DNA of 64,000 nt from Phaeosaccion multiseriatum (lineage: Eukaryota > Protista > Ochrophyta, other classes), in the NCBI GenBank assembly GCA_965112735.1, contig OZ218954.1:868001-932000 (forward strand), read 5' to 3'. The notes under the pieces are model-generated. The model was not told where the DNA came from, made no database searches, and was given only the letters and a program-made list of their open reading frames with translations. Made by a program: the position numbers and the translations under genes. Positions within the stretch are counted from its first letter, which is position 1. Every line of letters begins with the position of its first letter. Below, in pieces: positions 1 to 25,401 of this stretch.

Positions 1-435
1 CTGCAGCAGGGGGCTGTATGACCAACTGGCTTGGCAAACCAGGCGGAGCTTTTGAGAAGGTAGTTGATGATGAAGCGCATCGATATCGTTTCTCGATATC
101 ATTGGTCTGGGCCAATGAGACTGAAACTGAAATCGGGTCCGGTCCGGCGGCCCCGTTTTACCCTCCACCGCTAGCTTGTTGGTGTGGTAACGGGCACACA
201 GGGACTGGTTGTATGTACGGACATTGTATTGAAATTGATCGAGTGTATTTACATTGGAACAGGAACGTACCGTTCCACACGACGTAACTGTCACCCAAAC
301 ATCCTACATCTCCTACAGAAGGTCTCTCTCTCTGTGTGCGTGTGTGTGAGCGTCCCAAAGCCCCTCTGCTGGCTCCTCCTTCTCCTCTTCCTGCCCCCCC
401 CCCCCCGCCCCCCCTCCTCCTCGTTCTCATTCGGG

Positions 436-6618
<6,183 letters not shown>

Positions 6619-6915
6619 GTCCGCCGATTATGCACAGAGGTCCGGTTCCCGCCAAACTGTGGTCTGTCTCTTTTTCGTCAAAAAGCTTTCCGCACGCGCC
6701 CACCAGTTGAAGCTCTACATGGCTTGCGACTCGGGCAGCGGCAAGGTGCTTTGTTCAACGAACTCCACTTCCCGCAAGCTGCTATTCACTGTATATTTCT
6801 TTGTTTTTTCGCGGGCCTCCAACACTCTCCGTCGTGCCATCCAGTGCCATCCCTTTATTTGATCGACAATGCTCATCCCCCTCCCCTGTCTTGGGCAGCC
6901 AGACAGCAGAGAAGG

Positions 6916-9715
6916 ATGAACACATGGCTCAACAAGCTCGCAGGATTCGGGAAGCAGCATGCCATGCGGGGAGGGGGGGCTGGAGGCGTAGCAGAAGCAC
7001 CCTCAGCCTCCGCCCTGCCTGCCCTGCTCGAGCTCTTGGAGAAGCGCTATGGACGCCTCAGCGATCTCTTTGAACCGGCTTCTGTCGGGGTGCGGGTGGA
7101 GAAGGGCTCGGAGCTTACTACAGAGGGCGTGGAGGAGCTCGTCAACCACAAAGTGCGTTGCCACCACCACCAGAGAGGCTGGATCATCTCTTCTCTTCAT
7201 GATTCCTCATGACTACTTTCCCCTCCTGCTGCTTTGCCATGATGCCCAGGCTTGTGCCGTTGTTGTCCGCGGTTTCTACCCGCCGTCCGCATGCCCGCTC
7301 ATGGTGCAGCAGCTCCTGTCTCAGCATGGCGCCATACAGAACTGGCAGGTGTGTGAGTGAGGGAACGATCAGGGAACGAAGACCAACATGGATTTTTTTT
7401 TAACTCTCTCTCTTCCCTCTCTCGCCTCTTTCCCTTTGTCTCTCTCTCTTCTCCCTCTTTATCAAGCTTTCTTTTTATCTCTCTAATCTATTCCTTTCTA
7501 GCTTCTCAAATCCGTTCTCCTCTTTTCATCGTACGATCCTTCGCTGTCGGGTAGGTCAAGGCCCCTTCCGGCTACCAAGACAGTGATGTGTACACCGTAG
7601 GCACCCCCTTCAACATGGTTTGCAGGAGAGGGGAGGGCGAGAGCGAGGCCAGCGCGAAAGAGAGAATGGGTGAGTGAGTCAGTGAGTGAGGGAGTGAGGG
7701 AGTGAGGGGAGAGAGTGAGTAGAGAACGATGGACAAGGAAGATCACCACCCTGCGACGGCGCTTCTCAGTCCTCGGTGCAGAGAGAGGATAGACGGAACA
7801 AGAGCTTTCTCTCTCCACCACTCTCTCCTGATCTCCTGCCCCCCCCCCCCCCCCCCCTCTCCCGCACCCCACCCCACCTCTCTTACTCTCCCTTTCTTAC
7901 TCTTTCCCTTTCTTCCTCCCTCTCTTACTCTTTCCCTTTCTTCCTCCCTCCCCCGCCCTCTCCATCTCCCTTTCTCTCTCCCTCCAACCCTCCCCCCCTC
8001 TCCCTCCCCTCCCCAATCTGCAGATGCATACTTCCGGAGCGTCCTGCCTCTCATGCGCAAGCTTCGTGAGCCGCCCAAGGGGCCTGCAGGGCCTGCAGAT
8101 TCAAACTCAGAATCAGAATCACAATCAGACCCCTCCCTCCCCTCCCCTCCTCCTCCTCCTCCTCCTCCCTCTACCATCTCGGCTGCCGCTGCGCCACTGC
8201 TGAGTCCCCTCGACAAACTGAGGCTCGAGCTCGACGAGGTATGGGCCGGAGGGGCTACCCTCACCAAGAACGCAGAAGGTAAGGGAGGCCAAGGCGTATG
8301 GGCAGGAAGGGAGAGGCTTGACGGCATGGAGGGAGAAGCATATGGGCATGGAGGAGGCAAGAGCACCCACCCACCCACCCACCCACCACCACACACCCAC
8401 AGGCAAGCCCTTCCTGGCGGGCACAGCTCGCATCATGCACGGTCCCACTTGCAGCGCTGAGGGTGCCATGCATGTTGACGACTTGGCACCTCTCAAGCGA
8501 GGGGAGGGCCTCTTTAGTGCTAACATCTACCTTCAGGTGAATACAGAGAGAGGGGCAGGCGTATGGGCAGGCATATGGGACAGGCGTGTGGGTAAGCATA
8601 TGGGCAGGCATATGGGACAGGTGTATGGGTGGGCGTAGGGGCAGGCATATGGGACAGGCGTATGAGTAGGCGTATGGGCAGGCATATGAGACAGGCGCAT
8701 GGGTAGGCGTCTGGGCAGGCATATGGGCATATGGGCGTATGAGCAAGCAGACAGACAGGCTGGCCACAGGTGTGAGACATTGGGGAGGGGGGCACCAGGA
8801 GAAGAAAGAGGCGTGAGTGAGCCACACGCAACCCACCCACACACGTGCGTACCACCCACCTATCACCTGCGTGTTCATCTGCACACCCACTCCTCCACAA
8901 CCACCCACCCACTCCACGCAGGTCCCTCCCACCGGGGGCGAGCTCGCCATTTGGCCCGTCACATTCGCCTCTCGCTGGGACTTTTACCGACACGCCTCCA
9001 CCCTCTCCCTCCTCACCAACATGCACGACGAGGAGGGTCAGCGCCTGCTGCGGCAGAGGTTTCCGGCCCCATATGTGGTCAAGGTGGAGCCTGGGGACCT
9101 CGTCCTTCTTTGTCCGCAGCGCCCGCATGCTGCGCTGGGCTTCCCGATGGGCACTCGCGTGAGCATGCAGGTTGGTTGGTTGGTTGGTTGGTCGGTCGGT
9201 CGGTTGGTTGTCTCCGTTGTTTTGTTCGTGTCAAAATGACAGCTCCACCTCCTCTCCACACCACAGCTCCCTCCTCTTCCTACCATCTCTCCTCCTCTAG
9301 CAGCCGCTGATCCTCCCAACACACCACCATACCACCCAACCACACGTACTCCCTCCACCTCTGCCGCCCACCTTCCATATTCGGGGTAAACCGTACTCTC
9401 AATCAAACGTGCTGAGTTGCGATAAGGATGGTGTTGGCTCCGCTCCTCCTCTTCTTCTTTCCAAAGAAATGAGCGAACCAATCTGACTCACTCACTGACT
9501 CACTCAATCTCTGACCGCCCCCTTCCCTCCCTCCCTCCCTCCCTCCCTCCCTCCCTCCCTCCCTCCCTCCCTCCCTCCCTCCTTCCCTCCCTCCCTCCCT
9601 CCCTCCCTCCCTCCCTCCCTCCCTCTCTCTCTCTCATCCTCACTCACAGTCCTTCCTCTCGCTGGACCCCCCGGCTAGGGATGGAAGGCCGCAACCGTTC
9701 AAGCTCGACGTATAG
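6916..9715 (+). CDS. 2OG-Fe(II) dioxygenase-superfamily protein, substrate unknown (7 exons)
   Basis: The spliced product has HxD 'MHVDD' (8471-8479), 'FSANIYLQVPPTGGELAIW', 'VEPGDLVLLCPQRPHA' (distal His 9126-9128) and 'RVSMQSF' (2OG-binding RxS, from 9156). The last exon 9650-9715 reads SFLSLDPPARDGRPQPFKLDV*. Confidence 0.8.
8555..8742. repeat. Degenerate ~12-bp repeat (GCATATGGGCAG-like) in an oxygenase intron
   Basis: Many copies of GGC[A/G]TATGGG[C/A]CAG. Confidence 0.85.
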
Positions 9716-10657
9716 CACCAATGGTAGCGGTAGCACCCTCCATTGCGGGGGAGCGCGGCCAATGTCGAATACAATCAGAGTACAGGGTCGACTACTAGAC
9801 TGTACAGTAGAAGAGCTCAAGCCGTCGCTCTGGGTAGACCCTTCGGCCGCCCGATTACCTGAGGCTGAGGTCAGGGTGTCTGGGGGAGATGGATGGTGCT
9901 TAAGCATGCACCACGTTGTGGGGAGCGCGGAGGGAGGGAGAGGGCAGTTATAACATAAAGTAGTGTGCTCGCGCAGGACAACACGCTGTACAGAGGGAGA
10001 GGGAGAGGCTGTAACATAGGATAGCAGGATTGGACCGGCCTCACCTCGTCTTTAAGCTTCCCTGTGGCTGTTCAGTTTCAGTTTCAGCTTTCTCGCTCTC
10101 TGTTAGAGCCTGGACCGCACCTGCGGCGGGCCGATCAGACACTGTCGAACACTGATCCCAACCCTCACGGCACGCCCACGTCGAGAGCCAAAGGGCGTTT
10201 AGAGGCTACGTCACATTCCACCGTAGCCCCGGGGGGAACGGCCGCAATCCTTACTGGACAAAAGAAAATCATGTACGTTGCAAAGGGTGGGGGGGGGGGA
10301 CCCTCCCAACCAGGTGTTGCAGGTGTTCATATTTGAGAAGGCCATTGATGTGAAACTGGAAACTAATATATCCGAGCACCTCGGGTATCAAAGATCGAAA
10401 GATAAAAAGAAAAATAGAGGGTGTGGGGGAGTGAGGTTGGCCAGTGGTAAGTGTGGGCACACTGTCTCAGGAAGGAGGGTAGGGTTTTCTCTGTCTTCTT
10501 CTATTGTGCTCCCCGATACGATTGTTCCCTCACCTTCCGTCTTGATTTTGCACCCTCCACCCCCCTCTACCCATCGAATCTATCCCTCTCTCGCCCCCCG
10601 GATCTCATCCCTTTACTCCGTGAAGGGAAGATTGCCACTGCCACTGCTACTGGAACT

Positions 10658-11912
10658 ATGGAGTACGTCGGCCGCACAGCGGAGCTGGCCAAACACGTCC
10701 GCGTGGCGGTGCAGCTGGCCAAGGAAGGCCAGTGGCAAGAGAGCAAGGAGGCTGCGGTTGCAGGCGGGCATGCTGGGGTAGAGCTGGCGCTTCACTGGTG
10801 GGAAGCGGCACATCAAGTGCAGGTACAGAGGGACTTACAGGAAGGGGAAGGAAGAGAGGCGAGAGAAGTACCGCGACTGGATTGGTCTCGATTAGAGGCG
10901 ACGCTTGCTTGCTGTGCTTTCAACAGCAAGTCTGCTACCTGCTAACTGCTCCAAGTACTATATTACCTTGCTCCCTCTCCTTGCTCAGCGAATCGGCGTC
11001 GGAATCCTGGCCTTGTATGCCGTGCTCGCTGTCGTCTTCTGGGGCAAAGGGAGGAGCAGTCCAAGTAGCAGCCCCAGCAGCAGCGGGGACGGCAGCAGCA
11101 GCAAGAAGAAGAGGAAGAAGAGAAAGAAGGGCAGCAGTGGTAATATCAGCCTCAATGGCTCTTCAAGCCAGGTAGGCAGCTTCAGCGCCCCTCTCTCCCG
11201 TCCGAGGGATGGCGAGGTGTAGGCAGTAGTACGGATCGCGCCCCTGTGGTGTTGAAGACCTGATTCCTCCTCTTCCCCAAGCCCCCGGCCCTCTTGTCCT
11301 CACGTATCCCACGACCATTCACACTTCTCCATTGTGCTTGCTTCACAGAGTGGCAGTGGAGCGGTGACGAAGGTCCTGACCCTTTTGGTGGTCGGCGTCG
11401 CTGGGCTTGCCACCTACGCCAACCAACACCTCGGCATGAGTGTTGATGAAATGAAAGAGCAGGTGCTGGAGAGCATCCCCGCCTCTATGATAGATGGGGC
11501 CAATGACCTGATGAGCACCGTCAAGGACAAGATCGCTCAACTGCAAGAGGGAGGGAAGGAGGGCGGGGCCCTAAAGACCGATGGCGTGAAGGGGTTGGAC
11601 TTGGAGAAGGAGGCCAGAGCCGAGGTGGAAGCGGCGAGGAAGGCGTCGGCGGCGATGGCGGAGAGGGCGCAGCAAGCCGCGGAGGAGGCGAAGGAGGAGG
11701 GCTTGAGGGAGGCGCAAGAGGCCATCGACTCTGCTGCTACCGCCGCCGCCGAAGCAGCAGAGGAGGTGGCAGCAGCAGCGGAGCGGGCAGCCGCAGAGGC
11801 AGCGGAGGCAGCGGAAGCAGCGGCAGCGGAAGTAGCAGCAGCAGCAGAAGCAGCAGCAGTGGCAGCGGCAGAAGCAGCGGCAGAAGCAGCGGCAGAAGCA
11901 GCAGCAGCAGAA

Positions 11913-11945
<33 letters not shown>

Positions 11946-13036
11946 GCAGCGGCGCTCGCTGTGGAGCCAGTAGCGGTGCTGTCCGCAGGGGAGTCAATGA
12001 CTGCGTCGCCTGAGCCGTCGTTTAGTGTCGGCGCCGCCTCCCTGCAGCTCACTGAGGAGGGCAATGTAGAGTTCCGTGTCGAGGGGGAGGTCGTTTGGAA
12101 GGTGAGGAAGAGAGTAACCCTGCTCCTTGTGAGGAAGTGTGTGCGTGAGTGAGGAGGGGAGGGAGTGAGTGAGTCAGTGAGGGAGTGAGTCAGTGAGGGA
12201 ACGAGTGAGTGACTGAGTGAGGGAGGGAGGGAGTGAGGGAGTGATAGAGTCAGTCAGTGAGTGAGTGAGTGAGTCAGTCAGTCAGTCAGTCAGTCATTGA
12301 GTGAGTAGAGTCAATGAGTGAATGAGTGAGTGAGGGAGTGAAAGAGTGAGTGGGTGAGTGAGTGAGTGGATGGGTGAGGGAGTGGGTGGGTGGGTAAGCG
12401 AGTGAGTGTGTGAGTGTATGAGTGTGTGAGTGTGTGAGGAAGGGAGGGAGGGAGTGAGGGAGTGAGTGAGGGAGTGAGTGAGGGAGTGAGTGAGGGAGTG
12501 AGTGAGTGAGTTAGTTTGGGGGCGGGGGGGGAGAGGATATGTAGTGTCATGGCGATGCAAGGCGTCTGCAGTTGCAGTGGTCTCGTCTTTCTCTCACTCC
12601 TTTCCTTATCAATTCGTCACCCTGTGCAGTGAGAAAGTGCGCAAAGGCGCTACGATGTATGCCTTAGTGGAGAAGGCTTTGGATTCGTTCTTACAGTATG
12701 CATCCCTTTCGTCCTCCTCTTTCTCCTCCTCCTCCTCCTCCTCCTCCTCCTCCTCCTCCTCCCACCACCACCACCCCTCTTGGGATCGCGTACAAACAGG
12801 CCGAGGGCGCGAGTAAGCGCAAAGGCAAGGGAGAGCTTCCCCCGTGTACCACTTGCACCCTTTCTCTCAGCAAGAAGGGAGTACTTGAGCTGAAGGAGGG
12901 AAAGAAGAAGCTCTGGGCGGGAGGAGTGGGCAAGGGGAGGAAGCCGGCGAAGGGCGAGGTCCACGTGCTAACGCTGGAGAGTGACAATGTGGTCATCAAG
13001 CTTGGAGAGGACGTACTCTGGAGTGCGAGAGTGTAG
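10658..13036 (+). CDS. Membrane-anchored protein with an Ala/Glu-rich helical stalk and a C-terminal bulb-type (beta-prism II) lectin-like domain
   Basis: Four exons. Two hydrophobic segments (IGVGILALYAVLAVVFW; VLTLLVVGVAGLATYA), an EAAA-rich stalk, then three repeats 'LQLTEEGNVEFRVEGEVVWK', 'LSLSKKGVLELKEGKKKLWAG' and 'LTLESDNVVIKLGEDVLWSA' that match the B-lectin L-x-MQ-x-DGNLV-x-Y...VW pattern. Confidence 0.7.
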
Positions 13037-13115
13037 TAATGGGTCGAGAGGGGGGGGGAGTAAGGAGTAAATGCATATGGGTATGGGTGGGGGAGACCAG
13101 GGGCAGCAGTGGAGC

Positions 13116-13191
<76 letters not shown>

Positions 13192-13548
13192 AGGAGCACT
13201 ATCAGCACCAGCAGCAGCCGCAGCAGGAGGAGGAGGAGAGGAAGAAGATGCGTGCGTTTCCGCTATCATGCTTCATCCTCAGAGAGGGTAGATATGAGGT
13301 GTGGGAGCTGCGCCAACTGTGACCTGCGTATTGAATGGGGCATCGGCAAGTCCCATAACCGACCACAATCCCGAAGGGGCAGGGCGGTAAGAGGTGTCGG
13401 GACGGGAGTGCGCTTGCCATCCCTGAGCGACGTGATGCTCTTCTTTCGCGTCAGGGCGGGCAGTGCCGAGGGTAGGAGGAGGCAATTTTAAAGGGACCAA
13501 TATGAGGAGAGAGCGGCAGTACGAGCAGCAGCAGCACCACCACCACCG

Positions 13549-13585
<37 letters not shown>

Positions 13586-14592
13586 AGTTGGTGATATAGC
13601 AGCACCAGGGGCTTGGAGCAGAAGGAAGAGGGGGGGGTTACAGTGAAGTTCCACAGCAGCAGGAAGGGAGCAGCTTCCCTCTGTAGCAGGGGTGAAGTGT
13701 TGTGTATGTATGTATGCCTCTGCGGCAATGAGGGAAGGGGGAAGGGGTATTGGGGTCTACTTACCTTACTTGGGGGGCTTTTACTTATACGTACCCCCAA
13801 GTATGTGAACATTATAGTACACTAAAGATTGGAAGGAATGGAGATGTGAGTGAGAGGGGCGATGGTTGTTGACGCCTCTTTCGGCGTAAGTGCACAAAGG
13901 GAACGCAGGGGCAGCAGCCGTTAGCATGCTTACCCTGGGGGGAGAGGAGGGGAGGGGAGGGGGGGAGGGGAGGGGAGGGCACAGCATACGCAAACAATAC
14001 GATACAACACAATTTTTTTCTTTCCTTTTTTTTTCTTCTTCACACTCGCATAATGAAGCATGTTTGTCGTAAATTCTCTTGTGCTGAGGTGGCTGCTGAG
14101 TACGAATTCCAAGTCACAGGACAACACAGGGTGCACATCTCCTCTCTCTCTCCCCTCTTCCCTCTCTTGCACCACCTTTCGCCAAATTGTTGCTCCCTTG
14201 TTGTCCTCTCCTGAGGGGATGGCAACGGACACACGACCAATCTAATCACACACCCACTTCCCTGCGGCACTACGCACTGCCCTACCGGACCTACCTGACA
14301 CACGACAAGCCAATCATTGAACAAAAACCAACCCCCTACTGCTGTATGTACATGAGCTCGCCACAAGCAGGCAGTAGGACGGTCCACGCGGCCCGCTGTA
14401 TCACCAACTCCTGCCCTTCCTGCTCCGGACTCGAGCTCCCTTCTGGTGCTCCAAAATGGCAACAAAGGACCGGGAGTGAGTCATCGATAGTCATCGAGTT
14501 GTTGGAGATGGTTGGAAGACTCTTTGGATGCTCTTCCTCTTCCTCTCCCTCCTCTTTCTCTTGCTCTTCATCCTTTTCCTCGCCCCCGTCTC

Positions 14593-15896
14593 TCACTCCA
14601 CTGTGGTCACCTCCATGGCGGATTTATCGCCCCCGTGCTGCTGCTGCTGCTGCTGCTGCTGCTGCACCTGCAACTGATGCTCCTGCTGCTGCCCGGAGGA
14701 GGATGCGGCGGGCTGGTGCTGGTGCTGGTGCTGCGACTGCTGCGGTTGCTGCAGCTGTATGATCAACTGCTCCAGCTGCTGCTGAAGGTTCCGGTGTTCT
14801 TCCTCCATGTAGTCCACGTACTCCTCCAGACGCTGTGACACGACGTGACCCAGGGGGGGCAGAGCGAGTGGAGGGGGGTGGCAGTGGAGGGGGCAAGGCA
14901 GGTTAGGCTGACAGGGCGGACGCAGTACAGCACAAAGACTCGCGTGTACGAGTGTACAACAAGCGTACGAGCGTTCCACATCCCATTCCTTCATGCCTCA
15001 ACTGTCGAGGTCAGTACAAAGAAACTGAAACTGAAACTTGCCTTGTTGTGTGCCAAGGACTCCGTGTATGCTGTTCGAGCCTTCTCCTCGGCGGCAAGTG
15101 CACCCTCCAGCTGCAGTCCGTGCGTCCGTCCGTCCGTCCGTCCCGGCAAGTCCAACAAGTAGTGAAAGTCCGGAGCGACATAGGATCGAAGCGATAAGGG
15201 AACACAGCGTCTTAACGAGAAAAGGGCGCCAGAAGTGCAGGATAGCACCGCGGTCAACAGAATGAAAAGCCGGGATTCGGAGGGCTCACTCACTCACTCA
15301 CTCACTCACTCACTCACTCACTCACTCACTCACTCACTCACTCACTCACTCACTCACTCACTCACTCACTCACTCACTCACTCACTCACTCACTCACTCA
15401 CTCACTCACTCACTCACTCACTCACTCACTCACCTGCTTGTTGAGGTCGGCGAGCTCGTCATTCAGCGCTCCCACGGTCTGGCGACTCTCCTGCAGCTCA
15501 CGGGTAGCACCTTCGAGTCGAGTCGGTCGAGGAGACAAGAGAGAGGGAGAGAGCGAGGAGAGCGAGAGACAAAGTGGGGGAGAGAAGGAGCCGAGCGCAG
15601 CAGAGTAGAACGTGCGGTGAGATGTAGCAGGCCGCCAAGTGAGGCAAAGCGCAGAGCAAAGCGTAGGGCATAACATAGGAGTCCTGACCCTGACCCTGAC
15701 CCTGACCCTGACCCTGACCCTGACCTTGACCCGGCTGTTCTGCTGTACCCACCTTGCCACTCCTGAAGCTTCTGGAAGTTGAAGGTTCCTTCGAGTTCGC
15801 GCCCGTCTGTTGTGGGTGGTGAGGGGAGGTGAGCGAACCCCAGGGCAGGCGGGTGAGAGGGCGAGTGAGTGGGCGGGCGTGAGCCTTCTGCAGAAG

Positions 15897-15950
<54 letters not shown>

Positions 15951-16369
15951 AAGCAGCCAGTGGTCGAAAGAGGACGGACAGCACACCAAGGACAGTCTTG
16001 AACGTACCATCGTTAGCACCATGCCTGCGTCGCCCAAGAAGCTTCGCCAAGGCATCGCTGCGAGCCCAAAGTCGGGGTCGGGGTCGAGTTGGACACACGG
16101 ATGTGTGTGTGTGTGCGCGCGTGTGTGTGGCGTGCGTGTGTGGCGTGCATGTGCGTGTGTGTGTGCGTGTGTGTGTGTGTGTGTGCGTGTGTGTGTGTGA
16201 GTGTGTGTGTGTGTGCGCGCGTGCGTGTGTATTCGTGCGTGTATACGACATATCGGAGAAGGAGCGGATGGATGAGTCAAGCTAGAGCAGCACAGGAGGC
16301 AAAGGCACTGAAGATCAAAGCCTGGGCTAGGATTTACTTTAAGCACATACGCACACACACACACATACG

Positions 16370-16400
<31 letters not shown>

Positions 16401-16838
16401 CAACAGCACAAGCGACCAACCACAGTCTGGCAGCCCTACCCTGACACACACACACACAGTCACACAGTCACGCGTTAGTACGCACATGTTGGCCTTATAG
16501 TTCTCAGTGGCGGTGTGCAGGCGCTGCTGATATTCGGTCTTGATGGCGCGTAGGTCCTTCTCCTTCTGCGTCAGCTGCTGCTCCACAGAGTCCAGAGACT
16601 ATGAAAGGAAGGAAGTCAGGAGGTAAGAAGGTCCAGAGGAAGGAGTTGAAGTGAGGCACATAGGGAGCAGTGTGTGTGTGTGTGCGTGCGTGGATGCGGA
16701 GGTGAGTGAGTGTGTGCGCCATCAGTGGGGATGGCTGCAGGACTTGAGTGAAGTGGGCAAGGAAGAAGATCAGTATGGGTGCGACTCGCTCCATCCCCCT
16801 CCCTTACCCCCCCCACCCCCTGCCTCTCTCTCTCTCTC

Positions 16839-16888
<50 letters not shown>

Positions 16889-17555
16889 TGTCCCTCTCTC
16901 TATACCTGCTGAAAGTCGCCGGAACGGTCTTTCCAAGCCTTTGCGTCCGCGGTGAGAGTTTTCTCCCTCTGTAGAGCCGCCCCTGCCTCTCGCTGCAGCT
17001 TGACGCGCAGCTCCAGCTCCTCCTGCATCTCTTTGTCTTCTACACTCGGGTGGGCGAGGAGGGAGGGCGAGAGAGAGAGAGAGAGGATGAGGGAGGGGGG
17101 AGGGCGAGATAGACCGAGAGAGGGGAGAGAAAGGGAGTGAGTGTGTGGAAAAGAAAGCGAAGAGCTTGGAGCAGTGCAATTGTGGAGGAGCACCCCCTCG
17201 GGCGGAAGGGAGGGGGGAGTGCACGCGCAGGGCTCTCTCGCTCGCTCGCTCGCTCGCCGCCGCAGCAAGAGAGAAGAGAACAGAGACAACCCGTGACAGG
17301 CTGGGGTATCACGCGACATGTATCATGCGAGACACATAACTCGGTGGCCTTCTGTACTTAACTCTTGATGAGGTCGTCGTCCCTCGCCTCTAGCTCGAGG
17401 GTGAGGCGTTGGCACTTGCTCTCCAGCTGTCGTACCTCGTCGTCCTTCTTGCTGAGGCCTTCCATGATGGAGCCCAAGTCGGCCATTGGACTCGGCATGC
17501 TGCTAGACTGGCCCTGACCCTCCTGCGGGCTGCGGCGCTGCTGACTGTGCTGCAT
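14593..17555 (-). CDS. Coiled-coil protein of unknown function (about 8 small exons)
   Basis: Phase-consistent splicing gives 'MQHSQQ...[49 protein letters not shown]...[22 protein letters not shown]...[71 protein letters not shown]...*'. Heptad-rich; I recognise no domain. Confidence 0.72.
15285..15433. repeat. (CTCA)n microsatellite starting at a minus-strand splice donor
   Basis: The minus strand reads CAG|GTGAGTGAGTGAG... Confidence 0.95.
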
Positions 17556-18581
17556 ATTGCCGTCTCTCGATGTCTCGATGCTCCCGCCGTATGACTTGCT
17601 TCCGCAGTCTCAGTTGAGTCGCGGCAGCCAGCGGTGTTGGTGGTTGTCGTGGTGCGGGCGATGGCGGTCGACGAAGTACGAAGCAGCCAGTAGAGGCGCT
17701 GGAAGTATCAGCTTGTCTTTCGCCCCCAAGGTCGAGGTCCGCACCGCTGTTTGAGTGTTCCCGCTCGATGAAACAAACAGCGCTATGCTCGACAAGGTCC
17801 TGGTCTGGACACGGGGGGGGGGCGGGGGGAGGGCCACACGTCGTAGAACGCGCACCGGCGGCGCGGTAAATTGGGCGGGGAAGAAGCTGCGCCTCCTACT
17901 GCAGCTGATCCAAACGCAAACTTGCCTCCCTTCGCTGAGCCTCGTTCAATCGGACTTCCGTCGCTGCGGTGTAGCAAAGAAGAGAATAAGAGAAAATCAG
18001 CTCTGTCGTCGTGAGGGTGAGCCGCAGCAACACGAAAGGGATTCTGCCAAAGCTTGCAAAAGAGCGCACGGGATAATCGGATAATCCGTAGGGAAGTGGA
18101 CGAGCCCCCCCCCTTGGGAAATTGCTTGGGGATTGAGGTAGGTGGTCACTGGTTGTTAAAAGAAGGATTTTGGTGAGACGAAGGTATTTTAATAGAAAAA
18201 GGATAAGAGGAAGAGAAAGAGAGGAGAGAGCGAGGCAGAGAGCGGAGAGGCGAGGGGTGGACTCTTTGGGTAGGCCGCTCGCTTTCCCCTCCCACTGAAC
18301 ACGTCTGTCCATTAAAACGGAGGCATCTTTCGCAGGACACCTGTCAACAAAGAGCTGCCAACAAAGGAGGGGGAAGAGCGGAGCGCGAGAGCAAGCAGCC
18401 GCTCTGCCATAAGAAGGAGGGCAGGGCTGCTGTAGGAGGTATTCCGTAGCGTAGGAGAATGAGAAGGCGGTAGCATCGGGAGCGGAGGAGAGACAGGTCA
18501 AGCTGTGAAGGTAAAGCCAGCCGGAGGTGTACGTAGAGGAAGCGGAAGCCGAGCAAGCAGCGAGGGCAGACTATCTGCCTG

Positions 18582-24226
<5,645 letters not shown>

Positions 24227-25196
24227 CGCTGCTTGACACTCTCTGTGTCCATGCAGTACATCTGTGACTCTATCCTCTTCCTCCCCCCCCTCTCTCTCTC
24301 GCTCGCTCGCTCCCTCTCTCCCTCCGCCTCTCTTTTGTTCCTCTGTTGATTTGTCGTTTCGGTTGTCTGTGTGTGAGGGAGGGAGGTGGGGATATAGTGA
24401 AAACCTTTCGCTTACTGCCCAAGATTGTATTTGCTCTTGGTGCGTGGGTGGGTGGGTGGGTGGGGAAGGGGGGAAGAGCAAGAGTCCTTTGGGGAGTAAA
24501 CTGGGAGGGTAAGATGGCTGGGGTGTGTGGGGCCGGCCCAGTGCATGCGTATATATATACCAACACATTAGCTACTTGCATTCAGTTTCCATGTATTTTT
24601 TTATATGTACACAAAGCACAGATGGAGGGAAGGGGAGGGGGGAAGTGAGTGAGTGTGTGCGATGTCCACAACGTCGGGGAAGTGAGGATTTGATCTCTCT
24701 CCTCTCTCTCTCCTGCCGAATGGGCAAGAGGGAGAGAAAGCGCGCGCAAGGAAGGACAAACGAGCTGCACGTTGTGTGTGCGGATTGTACTTTTACGTAC
24801 AAAAGAAATGGACCGGTAGACAATAGTGAAGAGCACATTAACGATAACCATTGCTTTAATTCAACGCCACGTTAATAGTACCAGTAAGATTGAGAAAAGA
24901 AAGTGGTGTGAGGCTCCCATGTTTCAAGCTCTCCTTTGCGTTGATTTGAGCCACAGCTATCATGCAAGAAATAATTAACGCTCCAATGAATTCACCAAAG
25001 AGGGCATGTATGCTGTATTGACTTTCTTATGTATACGTGTGAGCACGTGTGAAAAGGGTATGGTCATCTACCCAGGCGCAACGCAAGGCGCCCACAGGGT
25101 TCTTCGTTGACATATTAGCCACCCACGCTGCCACGCTACGCCGGACACACACACACCCACATCCAGCCACACACACACACACACATACACACACAG

Positions 25197-25276
<80 letters not shown>

Positions 25277-25401
25277 CGCGCCCCTGGCTCTGCTACTCAG
25301 CGCTGCTCCCAACTGCTTCACTTCACACCCCGACACCCGCCGCCCATGAAGCAACAAAGAGTCAAAAGTAAAGGACAGCAAAGAAGACAGGCCACGCAGT
25401 C

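Noticed and set aside
6715-6960. Short minus-strand ORF upstream of the AAA gene
   Set aside because: It has no recognisable motif and overlaps the oxygenase start. It could be an upstream exon, but I cannot support that.
13037-14592. CAG/GGA-rich ORFs between the lectin and coiled-coil genes
   Set aside because: Low complexity with no coherent exon chain; probably 3' UTR or intergenic.
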